Below are positions 14,080 to 26,131 of a stretch of 64,000 nt of DNA, in pieces. How positions within the stretch are numbered: the first letter of the stretch is position 1; every line of letters begins with the position of its first letter. The notes below the pieces were generated by a model that worked only from the letters and a program-made list of their open reading frames with translations, was not told the origin of the DNA and did not search any database. A program made the translations under genes and the position numbers. Source of the stretch: Eledone cirrhosa (taxonomy: Eukaryota); the NCBI GenBank assembly GCA_964016885.1, contig OZ024749.1:29760001-29824000 (forward strand), in the 5' to 3' direction.

Positions 14080-14490
14080 ATATATATTATATATATATAT
14101 ATAAATTATATAAATTATATATATATATATATAAATTAATTAGTAATTTAGTTAGCATGGAGGTGATTGTGATATTGAGATGTTGATAAATCCCAGATTT
14201 TGTTATTTAATCAATCAATAGGTTTGACAAATAAAATATATTATATTAATGAACCAAACGCATAACTTTAAACTTGGTAGCGATTTATTCAATGAGAAAA
14301 CTAAACCATTCAAATCTTACTTCTTTAGAGAATCCGTATAGATTTGCTTTCATGTTTTAATTTATTTGTAATTTCTTAAAATAAGAACATCATTAAATAA
14401 TTAATTAATGAATTAAATAAACATTAGATTAATTAATAAATAAGTATATTGATTTTTCAATGTTTTTCAATTTTGACAAATTTCTTTTTT

Positions 14491-14538
<48 letters not shown>

Positions 14539-14706
14539 TCATTCACTTCTTATCTCTTTATATATCTCTCTCTCTTTCACTCTCTATCTCTTTATATCTC
14601 TCTCTTTAACTCGCTATCTCTTTATCCATCTCTCTCTCTCACCCTCTATCTCTTTATATCTATCTGTATCACTTGCACTCTTTGTTTTTCTGTCTTTATC
14701 TCTTTT

Positions 14707-14737
<31 letters not shown>

Positions 14738-14794
14738 ATTCATCTCTTTATTTACTGAATAATTTATTAATTTATCAATGTTTTAATTATTAAG

Positions 14795-15710
14795 GCGGAT
14801 AATTAAGGGCCGTGACTCGGCAGAATCAGCAGAGAATTCCAACATTCTTTCCTTGATTTGATCTGATGATCAACTCCTTTCTTCTGCAAGGAGTTGTGAC
14901 TGTCAGATAGTATCGGCAATGGAAATATTAATAGAAACATTCTTTCCTTGGTCGAATCTGACAATTAGCTCCGTTCTTCTGTGAGGAATTGTGACTGGTA
15001 GATAGTATCAATAGAAAGACCAATGGAATTGTTTCGTTGGTCTGGTCTGATGATCAGCTCCTTTCTTTTGTCAGAAGTTGTGACTGCTAGATCGTATCAG
15101 TATTGGAAAGACCAATGGAAACATTGTTTCCTTTGTCAGATCTGAGGATCAGCTCCTTTCTTCTGTCAGGAGTGGTGACTGTCAGATAGTATCAGTATTG
15201 GAAAGACCAATGGAAACATTGTTTCTTTTGTCAGATCTGAGGATCAGCTCCTTTCTTCTGTCAGATGGTATCGGCAATGGAAATATTAATAGAAACATTC
15301 TTTCCTTGGTCGAATCTGACAATTAGCTCCGTTCTTCTGTGAGGAATTGTGATTGGTAGATAGTATCAATGGAAAGACCAATGGAATTGTTTCGTTGGTC
15401 TGGTCTGATGATCAGCTCCTTTCTTCTGTCAGGAGTGGTGACTGTCAGATAGTATCAGTAATGGAAAGGCCAATGGAAACATTGTTTCATTGGTCTGATC
15501 AAACAATCGATTCCTTTTCTTATTGCTATATGCGTTCCTGTAACGAAATTAGAAATCAATTTACTGTCCTTCTTATGAAATAAATTTACTGTCTTTCATC
15601 TTTTCGGGGGTCGATAAAATAAAGTTCAATAATACACTGGGTTCCATTTAAATGACTTTCTCCTTGCCTTCAGATTACTGGCCTTGTGTCAAATGTAGAC
15701 AGTTATTATA
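14795..15710 (+). repeat. ~90-95 bp tandem repeat (about 8 units), apparently a degenerate SINE head, ending in a SINE body
   Basis: Units contain GATAGTATCGG..GATCTGAGGATCAGCTCC (cf. SINE GGCAGTATCGG..GATCTGAGTTCAAATCC), followed by CTTTCATCTTTTCGGGGGTCGATAAAATAAAG. Confidence 0.55.
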
Positions 15711-15719
15711 AATTGATAT

Positions 15720-16400
15720 ATTTGGTACGAAAACTTTCCACGGAGTAGACTCTGCAAAAGGCACCTAAGTGGACCACAGCAGGATTTGAACTGAGAACGC
15801 AAAGAGCCGGAACAAATACCGCCAGATGTCTCGTTCGACGCGCTTTCAATTTTAATAATTCACTCCTGCTGTATTGGTACTTCATTTTATCGACAGCGAA
15901 AGTATTAAAGACATAGTTTGTACTCTGTGGGATTTGAAATCAGAGTTCAGAGTGTTGGAACAAAATACCGCTCGACATCTCATCCGACGTTCTTTCAGTT
16001 TTTCTAATCATCTGTCCTGCATCACTACTTTATTTTATCGACACTAAAAGGTGATCTTGGTGCGATTTGATCTTATGACACAGAGTGTTGGAACAAAGTA
16101 GCGCACGACGTCTCGTCTGACGCTCTTTCAGTTTTTCTGATCCACTGTCCTGCATCACTTCTTTATTTTATCGACACTAAAAGGTGATCTCGGTGCGATT
16201 TGATCTTATGACACAGAGTGTTGGAACAAAGTAGCGCACGTCTCGTCCGACGGTCTCTCAATTTTAATAATTCACTTCGCTGTATTGGTATTTATTCTAT
16301 CGAATCTACACTGAAAGGTGACCTCGGTGCAATATGTTCCTATGTTACAGAAAACCGGAACAAGTACCTCAAGATGTTTCCGCCTACTCTCTAACACCTC
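15720..16400 (-). repeat. Tandem degenerate SINE copies (~125-150 bp units)
   Basis: Recurrent TTTTATCGAC...GATTTGA...GGAACAAA...GACGCT units, antisense to the SINE consensus. Confidence 0.6.
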
Positions 16401-16545
16401 TGCTTATTAGCTTCATTAATTTCATTAATTCATTCAGCTTTTCAATTCACATATTTAATCCATCATTCTCTGATTCTCTCATTCTTTCATTCTTTTATTC
16501 TGCCATTCCGTCGTTGAGAAATTCACTTATAATAACATTCTATTG

Positions 16546-16925
16546 CACTATCGGTAGAGGGTCGTACGCCATGATTTGACGCATAGAGTTGAGGCCCTCC
16601 CCATTCTGAGTTCAAATCCCGCCAAGGTTAACTTTGCCTTTCATCCTTACGGGGTCTATACAATAAAGTACCAGTAATGCACCAGTAATGGACTGGTCTT
16701 GTGCCAAAAAGTAGAAACAATTGTTACGATAGGGCGGTGAATTGGCAGTATCGGTAGAGCGTCAGACACCATGCTTTACAGCACAGAGTTATGGCTCTTT
16801 ACGTTCTGACTTCAAATGCCGCCGAGGTTAACTTTGCCTTTCATCCTTACTGGGTCTATAAAATAAAGCACCAGTAATACACTGGAATAATTGCTGGCCT
16901 TGTGCCAAAAGTAGAAACAATTATT
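16546..16925 (+). mobile_element. Two tandem tRNA-derived SINEs
   Basis: A box TGGCAGTATCGG, B box GAGTTCAAATCC, conserved core CTTTGCCTTTCATCCTTACGGGGTC, tail GGCCTTGTGCCAAAAGTAGAAACAATT. Confidence 0.8.
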
Positions 16926-17320
16926 ACGATAACAACTTATTTAGTTAGTAACAACGTTATTCTGGTGTGAATATATCTAGATTCAATCAGACAATAGCTG
17001 AAATTACCAACTTTTTACATGTTTCCAGGTAATTCAGTGCTAAAATGTTCAAGCAATCCTTCCTCCCGAGCATTTACTACATTTATCTCTTCATCACTTT
17101 TTTTTACTTTCAACTTACTCTAACTCTTTCTAGCTTTCTCTTCATTGTTTTTTTAGCTTTCTCTTTTTAGCTTTCTCTTTTGAGCTTTCTCTTCATTGTT
17201 TTTTTCTCTCTCTCTGCCTCTCTCTGTCTCTTTATATCTTTCTGTATCACTGCCATTCTCTTTATATTTCTGTTTCTGTCTCCCCCCTCTCTCTCTTTCA
17301 TTCTTACACTCTCTCTTTTT

Positions 17321-17389
<69 letters not shown>

Positions 17390-17467
17390 TTAGGTCTATC
17401 TTCATATATCCCTCTCTGTATTACCTCCATTCTCTGTTTTTTTGTCTTTATCTCAGTCTTTCGTTAT

Positions 17468-17590
<123 letters not shown>

Positions 17591-17734
17591 CTCTGTTTCT
17601 TCTTCTTCTTCTTCTTCTTCTTCTTCTTCTTCTTCTTCTCTCTCTTTCTCTCTCCCACTTTCTCTGTCTATCTCCTCTTCTCTATCTCTCTCAGTTACTC
17701 TTTTTCTCTACATCTTTAGTATGTATATCGCACT

Positions 17735-18040
17735 TTCTCAAGCCCAGTCACTGTACTTACATACACCCAACATCTCCAAATCAAGAGAGCACATTTCCGA
17801 CAATACAGACATGTGGTTACAATGTCTAAAGAACGAATCGCTGGAGAGATTTTAAGGGCAAAGCCAACCACCAGGAGTCTTAGAGGGTGATCAAGAGAAA
17901 GATAGTTGGATAACATCCATGAGTTCGGTTAGTCTCGCATGGGGATCAAGTCGAATTATTTTGGAGACGGTTGCTTCTGACAGGACCCCTTGGAAAGCGT
18001 GTCTGAGGACTCTTCTCTCAAAACCATCTAATGAATAAGT
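17735..18040 (+). mobile_element. Decayed 3' end of an RTE-clade LINE
   Basis: Broken translation RHVVTMSKERIAGEILRAKP..RG*SRER*LDNI..LETVASDRTPWKACL resembles the RTE C-terminal GHVxRM..RGRPRxRW.D..A.DR..WR pattern. Confidence 0.55.
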
Positions 18041-18090
18041 ATATGTATGTAGGTCAATAGCTCAAATAAAGCCCCTTGTCGTACAGCCAA

Positions 18091-18135
<45 letters not shown>

Positions 18136-18158
18136 TCTATCTGATTGCATATACACAC

Positions 18159-18220
<62 letters not shown>

Positions 18221-18229
18221 TTATACATT

Positions 18230-18287
<58 letters not shown>

Positions 18288-18475
18288 TATATATATATAT
18301 GTATAAATATGTATGTGTGTATATATATATATGTGTGTGGGTGTATATAAGCAATCAGATAGCTTTTCATTTACAAAAAATCACGTGGCACCCTGGGATT
18401 GATTATACATTACACCATTCTAATTTCTAATTCATCTAATCTACTTCTCTCTTTCTTTCTGTATATATATATGTA

Positions 18476-18519
<44 letters not shown>

Positions 18520-18530
18520 CATACATATAT

Positions 18531-18591
<61 letters not shown>

Positions 18592-19005
18592 CGAGGGCAA
18601 TCCCAAAAGTTAGGTCTCCTTCCGATATTGCAACTTCCGATCGATATTGCAACTTTTTCGTTAAAATCCTGTGGATGGTACTTCGGGAAACCTCAGGAAC
18701 CAAAAATGCAGAGAGCTTCCAGAGTGATCCGCCGTTCTTTACGCAAGTTTTCCTCGGAAGGAGACCTTACTTTTGGGATTGCCCTCGTATATAATAACTG
18801 CGCAAAATTCGCACTTGGCGGTAGCGTTCAACGGGAGCTCCATTCTCAATGGCTGCCAAGTCAAGATTGAGCATCCCAGCGAAGCGCGCGCATGCTTGTT
18901 TGGGAGTGAAGGAAGCACCAGTCACAACAGTGTTGCTAACAGCCATACGAACAGTTTCTCTGCGTCCCCATCGCTTTGGAGACCTTACTTTTGGGATTAC
19001 CCTCG
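18592..19005. mobile_element. Tc1/mariner-derived deletion remnant with one left and two right TIRs
   Basis: TA|CGAGGGCAATCCCAAAAGTTAGGTCTCC ... GGAGACCTTACTTTTGGGATTGCCCTCG|TA (18787) and again at 18978-19005. Minus-strand VSRSTIHRILTKKLQYR resembles a mariner HTH. Confidence 0.75.
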
Positions 19006-19090
19006 TATATCGAAAAGCGCGTCACCAATTCAATAAACGTAATGAAGGCTTAACAAATCGTCCTTGTATTATTATTATTATTATTATTAT

Positions 19091-19227
19091 ATAGTTACGT
19101 CCCTTTACGATCTGAGTTCAAATCCCGCCGAGGTTGACTTTGCTTTTCATCCTTACGGGGTCGATAAGATAAAAGTACCAGTAATGCACTGGGTATTTGT
19201 TGGCCTTGTGCCTAAAGTAGAAACAAT

Positions 19228-19228
<1 letters not shown>
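19091..19228 (+). mobile_element. 5'-truncated tRNA-derived SINE
   Basis: B box, core and tail match the local consensus; lies after (TAT)n. Confidence 0.75.
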
Positions 19229-19261
<33 letters not shown>

Positions 19262-19360
19262 GTGTGTATAACGAGTATGTGTGGGCGAGCGAAAGATATA
19301 TATATATATACACATATATACATATATACATACATACATACATACACATAGTCACACACA

Positions 19361-19500
<140 letters not shown>

Positions 19501-19763
19501 GTGTGCATAACGAGTATGTGTGGGCGAGCGAAAGATATATATATATACATATATACATATATACATACATACATACATACATACACATACTCACACACAC
19601 ACACACACATACACACATACACTCACACACACACACACATACATACACAGACACACACACATATATATATATATATATCACGATACATTAACGGAGCCAT
19701 AGATTCTCGCCGTTCACTGTAAATAATGAGCTCAAAGAAGAGGAAATCCTGAGCTCTTTACCT

Positions 19764-19879
19764 AATACAATATGTTGAAAAGGTGACACACTAGAGAGAG
19801 ATATATATGGTTTGTCCCTGCTTTATTGATAGAGCACTGTATCTCTCTGTAGTGTGTTACCTTTTCAACATATTGTATT
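19764..19879. mobile_element. Small MITE-like palindrome
   Basis: ~40-bp inverted arms AATACAATATGTTGAAAAGGTGACACACTA / TAGTGTGTTACCTTTTCAACATATTGTATT. Confidence 0.65.
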
Positions 19880-20204
19880 TTATATATATACATATATATA
19901 TATCTTTCGCTCGCCCACACATACTCATTCCTTTCCTCTCTTTCTCTCATACACACACTCCTTCAGTCTCTTGCACATCATTCCTCCACCTCTTTCTCAC
20001 ACATATACCCCTCCTCTCTGTCTATCTCACTCTCTATCCGTCACTCTTACACTTTGTCTCTCCTCCTCCTCTATCACTCACACCTTCACTCTCTATCTCC
20101 TGCTCTGTGAAGTTCTAATCAAATTTGTCAGGTATTATACTTCTTTGATTTCTTAACGACATTAATAAAGTCAAACTACACAAACACACACACACATACA
20201 TATA

Positions 20205-20930
20205 CACACACACACATAAACAAACGTACACTCATACACACACACATACTTACATGCCTACATACATACATATACATACACACACATAAACAAACATACA
20301 CTCATACACACACACATACTTACACGCCTACATATATACATAGATAAATACACACATAAACAAACATACACTCATACACACATACTTACATGCCTACATA
20401 CATACATATACATACACACACATAAACAAACATACACTCATACACACACACATACTTACATGCCTACATATATACATAGATAAATACACACATAAACAAA
20501 CATACACTCATACACACATACTTACATGCCTACATACATACATATACATACACACACATAAACAAACATACACTCATACACACACACATACTTACATGCC
20601 TACATATATACATAGATAAATACACACATAAACAAACATACACTCATACACACATACTTACTTACATGCCTACATACATACATATACATACACACACATA
20701 AACAAACATACACTCATACACACACACATACTTACATGCCTACATACATACATATACATACACACACATAAACAAACATACACTCATACACACACACATA
20801 CTTACATGCCTACATATATACATAGATAAATACACACATAAACAAACATACACTCATACACACATACTTACATGCCTACATACATACATAGATAGATACA
20901 CACATAAACAAACATACACTCATACACACA
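20205..20930. repeat. ~65-bp CA/TA-rich minisatellite (about 11 units)
   Basis: Recurrent CATAAACAAACATACACTCATACACACACATACTTACATGCCTACATA. Confidence 0.85.
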
Positions 20931-21246
20931 CATATACACACATACACACCTACATTCATTTACACATACATTCATATACACATACATACCTGCCTACATC
21001 TTCAACCACTGATAGAGATATATGCGCTCATATACACACATATACACACACATATGCAGACACGTATATACATACACATGCACAAACATATACACACATG
21101 TATGCACATACATTCACACCCACACAAATTATTTTCTCTTTTCATTTTAGAGAATCACATGAAAAATTGTTTTTCGCAAAATTCCAGAAAGTTTGTTATC
21201 GAGAGTTTATAGAGAACAAAACTGGTATTGAACAGGAAATACACGC

Positions 21247-21338
<92 letters not shown>

Positions 21339-21345
21339 ACACACA

Positions 21346-21389
<44 letters not shown>

Positions 21390-21394
21390 CACAC

Positions 21395-21468
<74 letters not shown>

Positions 21469-22419
21469 ATGTATGTATATATGTATATCTATATTTATAA
21501 AAAGAGATAGTATGGGAGATAGGGTGAGAGATATAATGAGACAGAAGGGGAGTAGGGTGGGAGAGCGAAGAAGAGAGAGTGAGAGAGAAAGAAAGATAGA
21601 GTTAGGGTAGGCGATAGAAAGATAGATAGGGTGAAAGGTAGTAATAATTCAAAAAGATGATAGGGAGTTATAATGAAAATGAGAAAGGTAAAAGGAAAAG
21701 AAATGAGAAGAACAGAACTAAGACATATTCACGTATAAAAGAACATAAAAAGGAACGATGAACAACACATCGCTTATTGATTTGAACAAAATGTAATGAA
21801 TACTTACGTCCAAACTGAAAAATAAAATATCACTATGTCTCAAAGGATCAGTTTCACTGATTCGGCTTTGATCGTTAGCTAATGTAAGAGACCGAACTGG
21901 GATTTAAATAAAAAAAAAGAAAATGGCGTCGCTTCATTTGTTTTATCCGCAATGAACGATAATAAAATTTAGAAACAGCGGGGAGAAAAAGATCACCCCA
22001 AACAAAACAAAAATAAAAATAGACAAACAAACACACAAACAGAATCTAATATATTAAAAATAAAAAAATTAACATTTAGAAAGAAACGGAAAAACTCTTA
22101 TTTCCCAATAAATTATTATGTTTATAATCTCGTCATTTTTATCTCTTCTCGCCTTTTCTTTTGTTTTTCATTTATTCATTTAAATTTTTATGTTACTCTC
22201 TTCTTTCTCCGTTTATCTCCGTCTTTCATTTGAACTCTTCTATAAAACGAAATAACATCATGTTCTTCCGCTAGTTTCTCAAATTTGAACAAACCAAGTG
22301 GTAGTAGTAGTAGTAGTAATAGTAGTAGTAGTAGTACTAGTAGTAGTAATATTTGTTTCTACTTTTGCAATTATCCCAGTGTATTACTGGTACTTTATTT
22401 TATTGACCCCGTAATAATA

Positions 22420-22654
22420 ATTTCTAGTATAGGTACAAGACCAGTAGTTTTTTTAGGGGGGGCGGGGAGGGGGAAAGTCGATTAAAAGTCGATTAAATCG
22501 ACCCCAGTACGTTACCGGTGCTGTATTTTACCAACCCCGTAAGGATGAAAGGCAAAGTTAACCTCAGCGGGATTTGAACTCAGACCGTAAAGGACCGTAA
22601 CTCTATGCTGCAAAGCATGGTACCCGACTCTACCGATACTGCCAATCCACCGCC
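22420..22654 (-). mobile_element. tRNA-derived SINE
   Basis: Antisense A/B boxes and core (GGATGAAAGGCAAAGTTAACCTC..GGATTTGAACTC..CCGATACTGCCAA). Confidence 0.8.
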
Positions 22655-22757
22655 CTAGTAGTAGTAATAATAATAATGATAATAATGATGATGATGATGA
22701 TGGTTGTTGTTGTTGCATGTCAACGTAGTTTCAAACTTTACTAAGTTTGAATGATAT

Positions 22758-23140
22758 TGGCAGTATCGGTAGAGCGTCGGAGAGTATGCTTTGTGACATA
22801 GAGTTTATGGCCCTTTACGCTCTGAGTTCAAATCCCGCCGAGGTTAACTTTGCCTTTCATCCTTACGGGGTCGATAAAATAAAGTACCAGTACCAAAATG
22901 GGGTCGATTTAATTGACTTTCCTTTCCCCAAAATTGTTGGCCTTGTATCTAAATCAGATTGACAGTATCGGTAGAGGGTCTGAGGCCATGCTTTGCAGCA
23001 AAGAGTTATGGCCCTTTATGATCTGAGTTCAAATCCCGCCGAGGTTAACTTTGTCTTTCATCCTTACGTGGTCGGTAAAATAAAGTACAAGTAATACACT
23101 GGATTGATTGCTGGCCTTGTGCCAAAAGTAGAAACAATTA
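22758..23140 (+). mobile_element. Two tandem tRNA-derived SINEs
   Basis: Two successive matches to the local SINE consensus. Confidence 0.8.
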
Positions 23141-23253
23141 TTATTTTTATCTTTGTTGTTGTTTTTGTTGTTGTTTTATCATCGTCACCATCGTCATCAT
23201 TGTCATCATCATCGTCACTACCACCACGACCACCACCGTCACCGCCAACACCT

Positions 23254-24687
23254 TACGTAATAAATGTTGCTTGATACCCACCCCCTACTACACACCCACC
23301 TCAACCACCATCATCATCATCGTCACTATTACCACCACCACCACCACCACCACCACCAACACTGTGGCCACAACCATCAGTATCACCACCACCAACACCA
23401 CCATAACCATCAACATCAGTACCACCATTACCATAATGAGTACCATCACCACCACCATCACCACCATCACTCTTACCACCACAACCAACAATACTACCAT
23501 CACCACCATCACTACCAACACTGCCACAACCATCAACACCACCACCAACACCACCACCATCACCACCACCATCACCACCAACAACCCTACCACCACCAAC
23601 ACCACGACAACCACCAACACCACTACAACTATCAACACAAGCACCACCATCAACATAGCCACTACCACCATCACCACCGCCACCACCACCAACACCACCA
23701 CAACCATCAACACCAGCACCACCATCACTATAACCACTATCATCACCACTACCATCATCACCACCATCATCACCACCATCATATTACGTAATAAATAATT
23801 ACTGCTTGATACCCACCACCCACTAAACTTCCACCACTACCATCACCACCACCACCACCACCAACACCACCACAACCATCAACACCAGCACCACCATCAC
23901 TATAACCACTACCATCACCACTACCATGAACACCACCATCACCACCACCATCACCACCATCATATTACGTAATAAATAATTACTGCTTGATACCCACCAC
24001 CCACTAAACTTCCACCACTACCATCACCACCACCACCACCACCAACACCACCACAACCATCAACACCAGCACCACCATCACTATAACCACTACCATCACC
24101 ACTACCATGAACACCACCATCACCACCACCATCACCACCATCATATTACGTAATAAATAATTACTGCTTGATACCCACCACCCACTAAACTTCCACCACC
24201 ACCATCACCACCACCACCACCAACACCACCACAACCATCAACACCAGTACCACCATCACTATAACCACTACCATGAACACCACCATCACCACCACCATCA
24301 CCACCATCACATTACGTAATAAATAATTACTGCTTGATACCCACCACCCACTAAACTTCCACCACTACCATCACCACCACCACCACCACCAACACCACCA
24401 CAACCATCAACACCAGCACCACCATCGCTATAACCACTACCATGAACACCACCAGCATCACCACCACCATCACCACCACCATCACATTACGTAATAAATA
24501 ATTACTGCTTGATACCCACCACCCACTAAACTTCCACCACTACCATCACCACCACCACCACCACCACCACCAACACCACCACAACCATCAACACCAGCAC
24601 CACCATCACTATAACCACTACCATGAACACCACCATCACCACCACCATCACCACCATCATATTACGTAATAAATAATTACTGCTTGA

Positions 24688-24690
<3 letters not shown>
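23254..24690. repeat. ~175-180 bp tandem repeat of a unique anchor plus (CAC/CAT)n
   Basis: Anchor ATTACGTAATAAATAATTACTGCTTGATACCCACC at ~23783, 23964, 24145, 24311, 24487, 24661. Confidence 0.85.
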
Positions 24691-24719
<29 letters not shown>

Positions 24720-25149
24720 TACCACCACCACTAAACACCCACCACGAACTGAGAACCAACCATTTTCTTTAGAGTGATGGAATTGACAATTAAATCCCCT
24801 CCAATGGTTTTGGTTTTTCACTAATTTTAAGGACGCCTTGCTGATGAAAGGGGAAATCTTTCCTCTCCGCTTATTTTCGTCTTTCAACTGAACTCTCGTT
24901 AAAGTATAACACATAAAATCTCGTTGTTATTTCGATATTTTCAAATCCGTGTTGAAATTTCAACAAGTCCAGGCAATAGTATTGCTATCTCGTTCTAATT
25001 TCTAATTTTGAACAAGGCCAGCAATTTGTGGTGGTTGTGGTGGTAGTGTTGGTGGGGTGGGGAAAAAATTATATAAGGGTTTATATCGTTTATATCGACT
25101 CCGGTGTTTGACTGATACTTTAGGCAAGTTCAGACACCCCCACCCCCTA

Positions 25150-25445
25150 CCCGCCGCCATGAAAGATTCAACTGTGTTTACAAGGAATTTCGACCACTCC
25201 TTTTGACAACAAAAACCTTCAGAAATGCCTGATTATCGCATGCCCATATATGGAATTATGCCTTGGGGAGTTCGGCTATATCAGCACCACGCTAAAAATT
25301 CAATTTAGTCCAAAAATAGCTGTTGAAACGGCTTGAGCTCTGCCGTCGGGGTCTTGACTCTTTTCCTATTACCCACTCTACTACCCAAAGTATCGAGTAC
25401 TCTGGTGCGTTATGGTTCACCTGGTTCCTTACCACACTTCCTTCG
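25150..25445 (+). mobile_element. Highly decayed LINE (CR1/Jockey-like) 3' RT fragment
   Basis: Broken RMPIYG/MEL..WG..LNLVQK.A..AVGVLTLF-like reading; a piece recurs at ~51445. Confidence 0.35.
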
Positions 25446-25532
25446 TTATATGTATATATATATATTTATATACATGTAAATAAATATAAAGAGAGAGAGA
25501 GAGAGGGAGAGAGAGAAAGAGAGAGAGAGAGG

Positions 25533-25600
<68 letters not shown>

Positions 25601-25676
25601 AGGAATTGAAAGTGCAATTGGAGCCTTTGTTTTTAAGAAAGTTTATTTACAATAATTTATAACTTTACCAGTGTGT

Positions 25677-25753
<77 letters not shown>

Positions 25754-26131
25754 GGTATAGGATTATCCAAGATGTAGTAATGGTTAATTACACTGGATAT
25801 GGTTGACGTACGGTAAGAGGTTACTCTACGAGTTGTGGAAGAATTGTTCAAGAAACTTAGTTCCTGATCGGAAACACTTGTAAGCACACGGAATAAATTA
25901 CCTTTTTATGATGTCTACCTGTTATTATTCATTCTTTATATACACTCCGGAATACTGAAGGATCAGGAACTAAGTTTCTTGAACAATTCTTCCACAACTC
26001 GTAGAGTAACCTCTTACCGTACGTCAACCATATCCAGTGTAGTAATTAACCAGTACTACATCTTGGATAATCCTATACCTAATTATCGCCTCCTACACAG
26101 TTGAGCAACCACACCGACACACGGCATTAAT

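Noticed and set aside
14860-15500. Hammerhead satellite (units contain CTGANGA, GAAAC and GTC)
   Set aside because: Stems I and II cannot be paired; better explained as degenerate SINE heads.
16738-16825. tRNA genes suggested by A/B boxes
   Set aside because: No cloverleaf, and the boxes are always attached to a SINE body and tail.
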